A stretch of 64,000 bases of DNA. Source: Balamuthia mandrillaris (Eukaryota). The notes under the pieces are model-generated. The model was not told the origin of the DNA. It was given only the letters and a program-made list of their open reading frames with translations, and did no database searches. The DNA lies in assembly GCA_031835245.2 (NCBI GenBank), contig JAVKOQ020000091.1:62001-126000 (forward strand), given 5' to 3'. The translations under genes and the position numbers were made by a program. Positions 12,298 to 27,718 of the stretch are shown one piece after another (position 1 is the stretch's first letter; each line of letters starts with the position of its first letter).

Positions 12298-15200
12298 TTA
12301 GTATCGCCAGAACAAGGACCAGTTTCGGCCCATGGAGATATTGAACGTGAACTGCAGGCTGTGGGAGGTGCTGTTGTAGTTGAAAGCGGTGCTTTGGCCG
12401 TTGAGCTGCGCAGAGGTTGGCGCTTTCGGCACTCCCATGATGGTTACTTTGCCTAGCCTCAATCTGAATCCAGACAAAAGGAAAGAAAAAGGGAGAGGAG
12501 AGCGTCAACCACAATGAAAGGAGGAATGTGAGGATGAAACCCATAAACAAACAGAACTATAAAAGTTCAACAAGCAAAGAAATAAAGAGATGGAATAACA
12601 ACAAAACAAACAAACAAACAAACAAACCTTGGAAGGAAGGAATAGCTCGAGCGAACAACTTTAGCGTTCAGCTGTGTAAAGTTGGAAAGGGTGTACTCGA
12701 TGAGGGCATAGGCGCCTCCAGCGATGGTGTCGAGAGAGTCTCCATCGTCAACAAAGAGAGTTCCCTTGGCGGAGCCGTTGAGCGAGGAGGCCACTAAAAG
12801 AGAGTAAGGATTGAGGCGTGTTTGTTGGGTGGTCAGGGCAGGCACTTGCATAGGTATGATGTGTCCAGCTCTCACGTGAAGCTGTGTTTATTGTGTTAAC
12901 GGAAGAGCAAAGCAGAATGAGGAAGAAAAAGAAGAAAACGTTAGAAAAGGAGAATGAGATGAGAGAGAAAGAAAGAGAGGAACCTGAATTTTATCCAAAG
13001 GAGTGTCCAGAGTGATCCATTGCGCGCTTTTACCATTCGTAACCTGCTCATTACTCCAGAAATCATACCAAACGTCCTTCGGGAAGTATACATCCAGTTC
13101 CCTCTGCCCTTGCTGCAAAACAGGGCTGACTAGCAAAGCAGGGCCGATCAGGAACTGCCTGTCGTAGAAAAGAGCGTCTGAGTCCTCGGGGAACTCGAAG
13201 AAGATCGGGCGGGCCACCATGGACTCGCCTTTGGTGTTGGCTCGGAAGAAGAGAGTGTAGTAGTAGGGCAAGAGGCTGTAGCGTGTGCGGAGGATCTGAC
13301 GGCTGATGGCGGCAACGGAGGGCCAGAGGTAGGGCTCTTGGGAGATAGTGCCGATGGAGTTATGGTTTCTGGAGAAGGGGTAGAAGGCGCCGAGTTGCAT
13401 CCATCGAGCGCAGAGCTCTTCGGTGGTGTCTCCGTCTTTCATTTGTTGATTTTGGTGAGAAAAGAGGGGCATAGAAAAGTGCAGCATAGAGGAGAGAGAA
13501 AGCGAGAGAGAGTAGAGGAAATACGAACTGAAGCCACAAATATCAGCACCAACGAGAGGAATACCAAACATTTGGAAGTTAAGCATGCCAGGAATGGAAT
13601 AATAAAGGTCGTCCCAGTCAGACTGATTGTCTCCAAGCCAATGACTAGCATGATAGCCATGTCCTGGGAATGTTGATCTGCTTATAACTATAGTTGTGGT
13701 TTGAACAAGTTAGGACAAACTAATACTACTAGAAAAAAAAAAAGAAAAGGGAGAAATAGAGAATAAAACAAGACGAGGAGAAATGCATTACCAACAGCAC
13801 GCTTGCCACGAACTTTCTCGAGAGCTACTCTCGTGGCGATGCCCTCCATGAAGCCAAACATGCTGTGAACATCGTACTCGAGTGTGTTATTGTAATGCCT
13901 TGCATCCATGTCGGCAGTCTTCGTGTTGAGCGGGAGTCTATCGCCTTTGTTGTTAATGGGATAAGGTGGATTGTTAGGATTGAAGGCTGAAAAAGAAGTA
14001 GGAAGTTGTCTTCTGGTTGATTGTTTCTTCATTTGTGGTTGTCCATCGGGTTGACATGCGCCGTTACAAAAATTACTCAATTCATTCATATCAATCCACA
14101 ATCCTTTGTATTGAAAGCAAAAAAAAAGTTAAAAGGAGTGATGCAGAAGAAACAAAATGATAAGGATCTACCATCAACAGGGACGGTCTCCAAGAAGATT
14201 TGGATCATTTGTGTCCAATATGATGTTGCGTTAGGATGGAACCAATCAGGCCACGCTGTGAAACCTGGCCATACTTTTCCAATGAACGGCTTATCTATTG
14301 TTTTGTAAAAATGCGTTAACAACATAATCAAAAAAAAAAAAGAAACCTTTCAAAACTCCGTACCGTCACGATCTTTAATCCAGACATCCATTTCAGAACC
14401 TTTGTTCCATGGCTCATAGTCTGTGTTGTTGGGAATTCCACAATCTGTGATGACAATGTACTGCATGCCGTTTTGGTGCAGCTTCTTCACAAAAGACTGA
14501 ACCACGGGAAGAGGGTAGCGTTTGGGATCAAATGTAAAGTCCTCATATAGTTCCATATAGTCGATATCAGTCCCTTGGTTTGGTTTTGTGGTTAATATTA
14601 ATAATTGTAGATCATAGAGAACAACAGAAGAACAAGAGGAAGAAAGCAGAAAGTGGTAAAAAGAGGCAAGAAAACACTTACAAATGGTATCCAAAGGAAT
14701 AGAGTGCTTGGAATAGTTAGCAACCACAGCTTCCACTTCTTGAATGGTATTGTAACCATAACGACATTGATGGAAGCCCAATGCCCAATATGGTGGCTAT
14801 TAAGGGAGTGACAGATTAGGATTGATACAAAACGCAAGAGTGAAATAGAAGCAAAAAAACGTACCATATAAGGATTTCCAATAACTTCCATGTACTGTTG
14901 AATGACATCGGAGGGAGAAGGACCCAAGAAAAAGTAAAAGTCCAAAATGCCGCCGATGATCTTGTAGGTAATTTGCTTCGGACCAACAAACACGTCCATG
15001 CCGTTGCTGTTCAGCAAGAATACTCCGTGAGAGAGCTTAGAACTATTGCGATGTTCAAGGTAGAAGGGATGATGGCCATAAAGATTGATTTCGGGAGGAG
15101 TTCCACTGTCTATTGACAAAAAAAAAACCAAATATAAAATAAGAAGCAAGAAGAGCAAGAGAGGGAAAGATATATAACACACAGAGAGCAGAGAGAAGAG

Positions 15201-16641
15201 TGTGACAAGAAAACAAAAACCAGAAAAAAGTAATACAGGAAAAAGTGACACGAGAGAAACGAACCTGTTGTGAAAAGGGTGTAGAATTTTCCAGAAGAAT
15301 CCAGACGAAGAGAATGCACGCGCTCTCCGAGTCCAAAAATGTTGGGCTCGTCGTTCGTGTCGTTGAGTTGAGTGCTGATCTCAATGTACTGATCCTCAAA
15401 GATAAGCCCGTTGAACATGGCTCTTGTAGTGTCGTTCAACCGGCTGTAAGAAGCAGACGTGGTGTTGAAAATAGTTTCTCCGTTGGAGCGACGGGTGATG
15501 GCAAAACCAAAGGGAGAAGTAGTGTAGGAAATGGAATAGAGGGTCTTGAGGGCAACGTGCTTGCAAGGAGGACTTTGGATCACGTTGGGAACTTCCCAAC
15601 GTTCATTGTTGGGGTCAAAGATCTTCACTCTAAGCCGTGACTGAATTTCAACAGAAAGAAAACAAAATAAGCATTGAAAGAAACACGATGAATGCCAAAA
15701 TGAAATATACCTCAGTTTCCAAGTAAACGTTCATTTGCAATGGAGAGATATCGATGCCGTACTTGCTTGGCCCATCAATCAACTCCAAAGTGGCCTCCAC
15801 TCCACATGCTGTTTCCTCCAGGCTAGTGATCTGGTAGCCTTCATCGTTGCGATAACGATATTAATGAACGTCAGGACGAGAGAAGAGTGAACAGAAGGGA
15901 GACAAGAGAGAAGCAGAAAATAAAAGAGGGAAGAGAGAAAAGAATATATGGTTCGATAGTTTCCAACAACCACAAAAGAAAAAGGAGGTAGAGGAAATTT
16001 GATGGAAACCATGAGTGTCGCCAGAGAGCGACACGCTTGGTTACTGTGGCACAACAAACACGCCCATGATCCACAATATGATGTGCAAGCAAAAAAGAAA
16101 ATGTTTACACCGAGTCATGGGTTCTAGCGTGTGCTCGTTTGGCTGAGGCGACAGGGATAACGAGAGAGAGCAAGAGAGAGAGAGAGAGAGAGCTAGAGCG
16201 AGAGAGGAGAAGTAGAGGAGAGACGAAGAGAACGACGAAGGAGCAGAGAGACAATGGAGAGAAGAGCACCTTTGGTGGGCGGGTTGGAGTGATAGCACCA
16301 CGGAAACGGGCTGTTCTCTCTCTCAGGGCTCCAACAACAGCCCTGGCTCACGCATAGCGACTCGGAGCAGTCCTGGCCAGCGCAACAGTCTTCACGATCG
16401 CCTCCTGGGTTACATACCTGTTTACGCGGAGAGAGAGAGAGAGAGCACACTCAAGTTAAAAAAAAAACGAAAAAAAGCAAAGCAAAAAAACACTCCAGCG
16501 AACACATCAATCGCCGAACGGATTTTTTGTCTTTCATTTCTTTCACCGCAAAAAAAAAAAAAAAAGAAAACGTACAGGAGCCGCGGAGGCCACAAAGAAA
16601 AAGAGGGCCAGGAGCAGCAACAGCGAAGGAAGAGGACTCAT
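12298..16641 (-). CDS. Lysosomal alpha-glucosidase, glycoside hydrolase family 31, with signal peptide and trefoil-like domain; many exons
   Basis: Signal MSPLPSLLLLLALFFFVASAAP; trefoil-like CVSQGCCW..PWCY; NLYGHHPFY, GFHQCRYGY, nucleophile motif WIDMNE, GADICGF, ELCARWMQLGAFYPFSRNHN. Ends ...WSLFWRY*. Confidence 0.96.
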
Positions 16642-17386
16642 CCCTTGTCTTTTTGTGTTTGTTGTTGTTGGTTCGTTTAGCTGCTGGTGGACCGAATGAA
16701 AGAAAAAGCGTGGCGTTGGTTTTTTAATACGGGGGTGGCGGGGAGGAGAGAGAGAAAAAAAAAGGACACTCGCACTACTTCGCAACGAACCTACCCACCT
16801 GCCCACCCCCAGAGAGAACAAAGCGCGTGCCCTCCTCTTTTGGCGCCGGATGAAGCAGCTTCCCTTCGCACGTGCAGCGGAACAGTGAAGAAAAGGCGGC
16901 AGAAAAGTTCCTCCTTGTTGCACTGTTCTTTTTTTTTATTTCGTCCTTTGCTAACAAATTAATTTGACCACCGCGTGACGAATCGGTTTAGGAGTGGTCT
17001 CTGATCACGGTAAGGAAGCGGAAGGACTTGTTTGCTGCCCTTTCTTGCCCTTGCCGTTTCTTCTCTGTGATTTGGAAATTTTGGTTACTTTGATAAGTCA
17101 ATTTTTTGTCGGGTCTATAATGGCTGCTTCGGCCGGGCGGAAGTTGGACGGATCACGCAGATGGGATGTTTTTCCCGTTTCAATCGGAAGACGGCGGCCG
17201 GATGGGGAAGCGCCAACTTTTTGGCAGAAATTCCAAGCCAAATTTTTTACCAGATTTGAATGTATGACGTCATTTGCCTACTCCTTATTTGGTATGGTGA
17301 CGTAGGGAAAAATTATTTTTGGAAATGTTGACGTGGCATTCTCAGTTCGTGTCGTCACAACACTCAAACCAGACAGAAAGAAGAAG

Positions 17387-19351
17387 ATGAGAAGAGGTGC
17401 TACTTCGCTCCGCTTCCATCGCGGCCCAGCATGTTCCTTTTTTTCGTTCCCTCACCACCGTTTTCCCCTCCACCATCGACCACACAGCTCTTCTTCTTCT
17501 TCTTCCGCAGTACCTCTTTTTCATCTCCTTCGTCGATCCTCCACTTCCGCACCTTCTTCTCCGCACACACGCTACCTCTCTCGTAATCTGTCTTATCATC
17601 ACCGTCTTCTCCCTCTTGGCCCAAAGTGGTGGCTTCCGCGGCCCTCTGTTTCTCCTTCACCTTTACCCCAACAACATAAACGTCTTTGCACAACGACTAC
17701 TACGACATCTCCCGAGCATCACGAAACCGATCAACAGCCGTCAACCCCCGAGGATTATGCAAAGAGGAGGCCCCATCTCGCCGCGTGGAAGCGGCTCTGC
17801 GAAGAACAGCTGGTGGCACCCTATTTGAAGCTAGACGTCTCGCGGGAGCACCTCGAAAGCTTTCAGGCCTGTCTTACAGCCCTGCAAAACAGCACCGAGA
17901 CCCTGGTGGACCTTCAAGAAGAAGAAGCAGCAGGAGAAAGAGAAGAGGAAGCGGAAGAAGAAGTAAAAGACGAGAAGGGAGACGTCATTCCTGCCGCTGA
18001 AATAGTTGGAAAGCAAAAAGCGGAAAGCACTGAAACAGGTGAAAGAGAACCAAAGAAAACGAAAGACGAAGCGGAAGAAGAAAAGGAAGAGAAAGAAGGA
18101 GAAGCGGAAGAGGAGCAGGAAGAAGAAGAGTTGACGCCAGCGGAACAATTGGACCTCTCCATAAGAGAGTGTTATAGAGACTTTTGGATGGCGCAACTGT
18201 TGGTAAGAGCAGAGCAGGATGACCTCGCCCTTCGTGCCTTGTCTCACTTTCAACGTGTGGCAGAGGATCACGTCCGGCCAAACGCGGATATGGCTGTCCT
18301 TATTGTTTGTCTCCTCTCCTCTCCTCTCCCTCTGCTGTCTTACAGTTATTCCTTTGTTCTTCCATTTTCATTTATGTCTTGCCAAACCATCGCAAACAAC
18401 CAAACATAGGATCCAAAATTGGAGGAGCTCTTTATCGTTGCAACAGCATTGCGCGGACAAGCTAACTTTCGTTCCGGCAACTTGAAAGAGGCCTTAGCTG
18501 ACTTTGACGAAGCGCTGAAAAAGAATCCAATCTACCCGTTGGCATTGGACTATCGTGCTCGCATTCACGCCACTCTTGGCAACCGCGAGCAAGCTGTAGA
18601 GGACGCCACCACCATCGTTGCGATGGAGGACACAGTCGAAAGTTATTTGACAAGAGGGAACATCTATGAGATCATGAACGACTTTGAGGCAGCAAAAAGG
18701 GATTATAACACGGCTTGGCAGAGGGACCCTGAAAACGTGATGACGCAACTTGCACTTGGATGTGCCTTGCAACAGTGCGGTATGTGCTCCTGTCGTTTCT
18801 CTCCTACTTTCTTCACCCTTTTTCCTTCTCTTCTTCTTTATATTTCGCTTATCCGTTTTTGTATGTTCATCCTAACAACAAAAGATGACGACAACGGGGC
18901 CATACAATTACTCTCTTCCGTGTTGGACGCCGAACCCGAGAATACCAAGGCTCTCCTCCATCGCTGTCGTGCCTACACCAAGCAAGGCCTCTTTCCTTCT
19001 GCCATTCAAGATGCGGATCTCCTCATCCTCGATTCCCCTAACGATGTCGACCTCTTCCTCATGCGAGCCTCCATTCGCAGCGAAGAAGGTGACCTTGATG
19101 CTGCATTGAAGGATATTGAAACTGTTTTGGAGAAGGAGCCAGAGAATGGAATGGCTTTGATCCAAAAGGCAAACTTGTTGGCTTTGATGGAGGATGAGGA
19201 GGAGGCGATGGAGGTGTGGGACCAGGTGGAGGCGTTGGCGGAGAAGGACGAGAAGATCAAACAGATGTTAGACCGATTAGAGAAGAATTTGAAGGAAGAG
19301 GAAGAAGAAAGGAAGAAGAACGAGGAGAAGACAACACGGGGCAGATCATAA
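17387..19351 (+). CDS. Tetratricopeptide repeat protein with probable mitochondrial presequence
   Basis: Several TPRs (ALADFDEALKKNP, YLTRGNIY..AKRDYNTA..DP, ALLHRCRAY, ALKDIETVLEKEPEN). The N-terminus is rich in R, S and H and free of acidic residues. Two introns. Confidence 0.85.
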
Positions 19352-19357
19352 TGGAAT

Positions 19358-20845
19358 CTATTTGGTTCCCACCGGTCCTGCTTCTTTGGAGTGAACAAAA
19401 GCACTTAGCCATTTCAACACTTTGGGTTGGTTACAGGCCTCCCAGCGAGTTTCCTCTTCGTCCCAAGGGCATCCCTGCTCTATTGCCCATTGCAACACCG
19501 CCAAATGGCCATAGGATGCAGCAAAGGAGCAAGTCCTTCTGTCCCAAGGGCATCCGTTTGCTCTGGCCCATTGCAACGCCTCCAAGTGGCCGTTGTGAGC
19601 AGCCCAAGCGCAGGTATTTTCATCCCAAGGACACCCCTTCTCTCTTAGCCAGCGCAACACCTCCAAATTGTTGTGCCAAGCAGCCCACTTGCAGGTCTCG
19701 CTGTCCCAAGGGCATCCGTTCTCTCTGGCCCACCGCAACGCTTGCCATTGCCCGTTGTTTGCAGCTTTGGCGCAGGTCCGCTTGTCCCAAGGGCATCCGT
19801 TCTGTCTGAGCCACTGCAACATCTCCACATGGCCGTGCCAAGCAACCCAGGCGCAAGTCTCTTCATCCCAAGGGCATCCGTTCTCTCTCGCCCATTTCAG
19901 CGCCTCCCATCGGGCGCAGGTGGCAGCAAAGGCGCAGGTCTGCTTATCCCAAGGGCATCCGTTTGCCCTTGCCCATTGCAACACTTCTAAACGGCCTCGC
20001 CTGGCAGCTAGCGCGCAGGTGGTTTCATCCCAAGGACATCCCTTCTCTCTTAGCCATTGCAACACCGCCAAACGACCCCTGCCAGCAGCACATCGACAAG
20101 TCTGTTCATTCCAAGGGCAACCGTTTTCTGCTAGCCATTGCAACACTTCCAACTGGCCGTTGTGAGCGGCCCAGTGAAAGGTCTGTTCATTCCAGGGGCA
20201 TCCGTTCTCTCTGGCCCATCGTAACACGGGCCATCGGCTGTTCTTTGTGGCATAGGCGCAGGTCCGCTCATCCCAAGGGCATCCGTTCCCTCTGGCCCAT
20301 TGCAGCACTTCCAACTGGCCGCTCTGTGCGGCCGCGGCGCAAGTGCGCGGGTCCCAAGGGCACCCGTTCTCTCTGGCCCATTGCAGCACTCGCAAATGAC
20401 CACCCTTGGCGGCCTCCCAGCAAGTGTTTTTGCCCCAAGGACAGCCATTGGTCCTCGCCCACTGCAACACCGCCAAATGGCCCCCCTCAGCGGCCGCATC
20501 GCAGGTGGTTTCGCCCCAGGGGCATCCGTTCTCTCTGGCCCATTGCAGCACTTCCAACCGGCCGTTCTTGGCAGCAAACTTGCAGACATGCCCGTCCCAA
20601 GGGAGGTCCTGTTGAAGACGAGACCATTGCAAAGCCGCCAACGAAGTGCAGGCCCACGGCAGGCAAAGCTTCTGCCGGAGGTGAGGCGGGCTGCAGGCGT
20701 ACCACCTGCGACAGGTCCTTGCCGCTTGCGCAACGCTTTGTTCGTCGAGCTGTTGCTCCAAGATGTAGCACAGCAGTTCGGCTGGGAGCAGCTCTTCCAC
20801 CCAACAACGGGACAAGGAAGCGCTCGTGTTGGTCTTCTCTTCCAT
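19358..20845 (-). CDS. Intronless F-box-like plus ankyrin-like repeat protein (14 x 27-aa GCPW..TC..AA..G.L.VLQWAREN)
   Basis: N-terminal LLPAELLCYILEQ...AARTCRRWY is F-box-like. An 81-bp tandem periodicity runs through the coding sequence. Confidence 0.9.
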   Translation of the reverse strand: MEEKTNTSASLSRCWVEELLPAELLCYILEQQLDEQSVAQAARTCRRWYACSPPHLRQKLCLPWACTSLAALQWSRLQQDLPWDGHVCKFAAKNGRLEVLQWARENGCPWGETTCDAAAEGGHLAVLQWARTNGCPWGKNTCWEAAKGGHLRVLQWARENGCPWDPRTCAAAAQSGQLEVLQWARGNGCPWDERTCAYATKNSRWPVLRWARENGCPWNEQTFHWAAHNGQLEVLQWLAENGCPWNEQTCRCAAGRGRLAVLQWLREKGCPWDETTCALAARRGRLEVLQWARANGCPWDKQTCAFAATCARWEALKWARENGCPWDEETCAWVAWHGHVEMLQWLRQNGCPWDKRTCAKAANNGQWQALRWARENGCPWDSETCKWAAWHNNLEVLRWLREKGCPWDENTCAWAAHNGHLEALQWARANGCPWDRRTCSFAASYGHLAVLQWAIEQGCPWDEEETRWEACNQPKVLKWLSAFVHSKEAGPVGTK

Positions 20846-21018
20846 TTCCCTTCTTTTCAATTGTTGTCGACCATTAACCATTTATGGTAACAGGGTTCCC
20901 TGCTTTGAATTCTGGTTGGTCCTTTGAAAAGATGATCTCAAATTTTGACGGCACTTCCTCATCAAAACCTTGGATAGCGGCAAAACGTGTCCAACAACAA
21001 CCTTGCGAGAGGGAAGCC

Positions 21019-21829
21019 TCACGCGGCAGGTTTATAAAGCGTTTTAGGTGGCGTCCACTTCTTTCCCAGCTTGTTCTCCCATTCGGCCATGGCTGCACCG
21101 GCTCCATGCGCGTGCACCACGTGACAACTGCTCTTCTTGGGGCAGGTCGTTACATGTCTACAGTTCCAACTCTCCGGCAAGATATAGAAGCTCAAACTGG
21201 TTATAGTGGCAAGTGGAAATGTTGGCAACAGCAAACAAACACACAAACCAACAATACAGAACAAAACAAGCTCCACACACATACCTTCTATCGGCAAACC
21301 AAAGGGCCTCCCGTAAGGCCGGTTGATCCCGATCATCCCCCGCCGGCTTCTCCACCATCAGCCTCTCCCACTCCAACACCATTCGCTCCATGGCGGGGGA
21401 GCGCCGCAGGAGGACCACCCCCGAGTTGAGCTCCAAAAAGTCGTAGGGCACGCCTGGGCGGCGGTGGTTGTTGATGTGTTGGGCGGGCGCCGCCGTCAGC
21501 AGCAGGTCAAAGCGGTCCAGCCAGGAGAAGAGCTCCAGAAGATCACCACCGCAAAAGTATGTGTCCACGTCCATGAAGAGAGTTCTGTTTTGGTATGCTT
21601 TACGTTAGACTATGCAAAGAAGAAAGAAAGAAAGAAACGACAAGAAAGACGAACTTGTCATAAGGAGTTTTGATGAAGGAGTGAAGCTTGGGGAAGCGGT
21701 CGCGAGAGTGTGTAGGAAGGTTCCAGTCGGTGACGGAAATAACTTGGTCGTATGGCTGTGGTCCCTCCCTGCTCTTTATTGTTTCCAAGTACTTTTATGA
21801 TGACAGAGCAAACGTTAGAGAACCAAGAA

Positions 21830-21865
<36 letters not shown>

Positions 21866-22949
21866 AAGAAGAAGAACAAGAAGAAGAACAAGAAGAAGAA
21901 CAAGAAGAAGAAGAAGAACAAGAAGAAGAACAAGAACAAGAACAAGAACAAGAACAAGAACAAGAACAAGAACAAGAACAAGAACAAGAACAAGAACAAG
22001 AACAAGAAGAACAAGAACAAGACGAACAAGCACAAGAACAAGAAGGAGAAGGAGAAGGAGGAGAAGGAGAAGGAGAAGGAGAAGGAGAAGGAGAAGGAGA
22101 AGGAGAAGGAGAAGGAGAAGGAGAAGGAGAAGGAGAAGGAGAAGGAGAAGGAGAAGGAGAAGGAGAAGGAGAAGGAGAAGGAGAAGGAGAAGGAGAAGGA
22201 GAAGGAGAAGGAGAAGGAGAAGAAGAAGAAGAAGAAAAAACAAGAAGAAGAAGAAGAACAAGAAGAAGAACAAGAAGAAGAACAAGAGGAACAAGAAGAA
22301 GAAGAACAAGAAGCAGAACAAGATGAACAAGAGGAAGAACAAGAACAAGAAGAACTAGAAGAACAAGAAGAACTAGAAGAGGAACAAGGAGGATGAAAAG
22401 AAGAAGGAGGCGAACAAGAAGACTGAAAAAAAAAATAAGAATAGGAGACAGGATCGAAAGAAAGAAATACAAGTCAAACACACGAACCCGAAGAATGGTG
22501 GCGTCGGCAAAGAAGGTGATGGCCATGCTCGGATAGAGCGCACGAATGCTCTTGGCCGACATCAACGCCTCGTCCGCCATTCTCGTCTCCCGCGTCATCA
22601 CATAAATAACACCCATGGTCTCCTCCTGCTCCTGCTCCTTTCTTCTCTCTTCTTCCTCTCCTTCTGTTCGTTGAATACATGGAAGAGGTACCGGTGGGGG
22701 TGGGCATGGCCCAGAGGTTGGTTCTTGTAGTTGTTGTTGCTGCTGCTCCTCTTCATGCCGTTGGTTCAACGGCTGAGGAGGAGGAGAAGGAGAAGGAGAG
22801 GAAGGTACGTAGATGAAGCGAGCGGCGGGCACGTCACTGCAGGTGGGAGGTCGATACAACAAGGGAACGAGCCAAAACAAGACCACAAGGTTGAGGGCCA
22901 AGACGCCCAAGTACTGGTAGCACCCTATTCGACTCCGCACGACCATCAT
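21019..22949 (-). CDS. Type II membrane nucleotide-diphospho-sugar (GT-A) glycosyltransferase
   Basis: N-terminal TM helix and Pro-rich stem; ALMSAKSIRALYP, KTPYDK..MDVDT (DxD), ELNSGVVLLR, DRDQPALREALW and LPESWNCR...H. The last exon is in the frame of ORF 21019-21336. Confidence 0.8.
21835..22392. repeat. Compound intronic microsatellite (AAG)n/(AACAAG)n/(GAAGGA)n
   Basis: Directly visible; lies within a glycosyltransferase intron. Confidence 0.95.
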
Positions 22950-23554
22950 GGCAGGTCATCTAATCCAATCTTTTTTTTTTTAATAACTTTTATTTCGATA
23001 AATTATTATTTTTCGGAGTTTTATTTGTAGACATAATTGATTGATCGATATTAGATGTCGACATATGATAAATTTTGGGATCTTTGGATCGATCAATAGT
23101 AGATGATGATGATATTATCATATTTTGATAATTATCGCAAAAATATTAATACATGTCGACATCTATCAATCAATTTCAATAGGCAATTTTTGTTACGATA
23201 ATTATCCTAGCGAACGAACAAATAATCGTAAAAAGTCACGTTCCCTTTCGACGAATTTCGAGAGCACAAAAGCGGGAAAAGACAAAGGAGAAAGGAAAGA
23301 AAGGAATAGGAGAGCGAAAGAGAGAAAGAGAAGAAACCCCAAGTGTCTCTTTCTTCTCGGGTTTGCCCTCTTTTTTTTTTTCTTTTTTCTTTTTTCTTAA
23401 GCAGCTCACAACACTCAGAACAAAACAACTCTGTGGTTTTGTGGTTTTATTTATTTTTTTTTGGTTTCCCAAATCCAACTTACTCCCGTTCTTTTTCATC
23501 AAACTTGATCTGTATTTATTTTCGTTTAAAAAATATTTATTTATTCTCTTCTCG

Positions 23555-25874
<2,320 letters not shown>

Positions 25875-25971
25875 ATAATACCAGAAAGAAACAACAAGCA
25901 ACAAAGAGAGAGAGAGAGAGAGAGAGAGAGGGAAGAGAAGAGAGCGAATAGGTTAAAGTGGTGTTGTTTGT

Positions 25972-26850
25972 TTAGTTGGAAGATGGCTTGTTGGTAGAAC
26001 CAAAGCCACCGGCCCCTCGGACGGTGGCTTCGATGTCGTCCACTTCCACCACGGTTGGCAGAGAGATTTTCTCGATGATGAGTTGGGCGATGCGTTCTCC
26101 TGCTTTGACTGTAGGCGTGTTTTCAATGAAAGGTAAGGAATGGAAGAAAGAAACAGAGAGAAGAGAGAGGACGAGAGAAGCACAACAAAGAGAAGAGAAA
26201 GATCGAAAGAAATAGGAAGAAGGGAGGGAGTGAGCGAGAGAGTGAGTGAGAAAAGACGAGAAGAGAACAAACCCTCAAAGTAAGTCTCTGCGTGGTTGTA
26301 GAGTACTACTTTAAGTTCGCCGCGGTAGTCACAGTCGATGACGCCTGCGCCCACGTCGATGAAGTTTTTCCACGCCAACGAAGAACGAGGAGCTGTGCAG
26401 CGGGCAACAACACCGAAAAAAATAAATAAAGAATAACAGGAGGAGAAAGGATAGAGCGAGCAAAAGGAGAGCGTGAGAACAGGAGGGAAGGCGAGGTGAA
26501 CGAGAGGTGAGAGATGAGGAAACATACCAACACGGCCGTAGTGATTTTCTGGGATAGCAACGATGAGCTGGGTGCTGACAAGAGCCTTGCCTCTGGCCGG
26601 AATCACGCAATCCTCAGCGCTATTTATTTAAATCAAAGCCACGAAGCCAACAATGGAATTATTTTTTTGAGTGTGCATCTTAAGATTTTATTTTATTTTT
26701 AATTTTATTTTTTTTTTTGGGAGGATCAGGATTACGGTACCTGCACAAGTCATAGCCAGCAGCCCCCGCGGTGGCACGCAACGGCAGGTGAGCGCGTTCC
26801 GACAACCGCTTCACCCGCAACACATTGGAGGCCTCCATGCTTTGTTCCAT
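25972..26850 (-). CDS. DUT: dUTP pyrophosphatase; 4 exons
   Basis: All five motifs are present: [34 protein letters not shown] and RGAGGFGST. Confidence 0.96.
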
Positions 26851-27094
26851 TTCTTTTTTTTTTTTCTATTTTCGCTCTACACTGGTTGCCTTTGCGTTCA
26901 AACTTTGTTTTGCGCAAACCGAGAAAATGGCGGGAAAATTCTTGGCGGGAACGATTCGTATCGACATTTTCCCAAAGTTGGAAACAAAAATCGAATATGG
27001 ACCCGTTATTTTCGATAATTTACAATTTTTATTAATCTTCCATACATTTGAAGAAAGAGAAAGAAACAACAATAACAACGGCGGTGGCTCTCTC

Positions 27095-27718
27095 TTAGGG
27101 TTGCTTTGTCATCGGAAGGAAAGTGGCCATTACCTCCACGGCAAAGTCGAACGTGTCATCGTCCTCCCATATGTTCTGGCACTCGATCTCATCCTCGTGT
27201 CCCCTCTCCACCAGCCGTCCCTCCGTTCGTCTCCTCTCCCTCTTCCCCTTGCGCCAGGCGCCCACCCACTTGTCCTCGTTGGGGTAGATGTAGACCCCAA
27301 CGCCGTCCTCCATGCCCTTGCGCCACTCCCCACAGTAGCAAGAGCCGTCGCTCCATTCCATGGCTCCCCTGCCGTGCATCCGGTCGTTCCTCCATTCACC
27401 CTCATACCGCTCTTTCCTGGGCTTTACCCTCCAACTCTCCTCGGCCTCCAACCAGGTCATCACCCCGTGGCCATGCCTCTTGTTGCGTCGCCACTGGCCC
27501 TCGTACTCGTCGCCGTTCTTCCAGAGCATGCGGCCTTGGCCGTGCAGAACGAAGACTCCACGTTGGAGCTCCTTGTATTGGCCGGTGTAGGAGAGGTAAG
27601 GGCAGGAGGGGTCGTTGGCATCGAAACGAATGGTCACCGTGTTGGTGTTGCCATCGCTCTGATTCGTTTTGAAGGATGCTCTCTTCAACATCAGAGTATG
27701 TCCTTGTGTGTTCCCCAT
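27095..27718 (-). CDS. MORN repeat protein (intronless)
   Basis: Repeats YEGQWRRNKRHGHGVMTW, YEGEWRNDRMHGRGAMEW and YCGEWRKGMEDGVGVYIY. The MG start could allow myristoylation. Confidence 0.9.
   Translation of the reverse strand: MGNTQGHTLMLKRASFKTNQSDGNTNTVTIRFDANDPSCPYLSYTGQYKELQRGVFVLHGQGRMLWKNGDEYEGQWRRNKRHGHGVMTWLEAEESWRVKPRKERYEGEWRNDRMHGRGAMEWSDGSCYCGEWRKGMEDGVGVYIYPNEDKWVGAWRKGKRERRRTEGRLVERGHEDEIECQNIWEDDDTFDFAVEVMATFLPMTKQP

Noticed and set aside
19427..20890. Regularly spaced 81-bp repeats (cccaagggcatccgtt...) resembling a CRISPR array, plus several antisense ORFs
   Set aside because: The periodicity is the 27-aa coding repeat of the ankyrin-like gene. The intervening sequences are homologous to one another, the context is eukaryotic and there are no cas genes.
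20874..21107. ORF 20874-21107 as the last exon of the glycosyltransferase
   Set aside because: Splice phase and the LPxxWNxR...H motif favour the frame ending at 21019.
21658..22396. Long poly-Leu, poly-Lys, KE or SP ORFs (also at 3013-3450, 10558-11025, 24010-24564, 37504-38264, 57760-58735, 58629-59852)
   Set aside because: They are translations of intronic or upstream microsatellites that lack stop codons. Real exons with GT-AG boundaries flank them.
25972..27718. dUTPase + MORN as an endogenous giant-virus segment
   Set aside because: The dUTPase has host-type introns and there are no viral hallmark genes (capsid, PolB, packaging ATPase) in the window.
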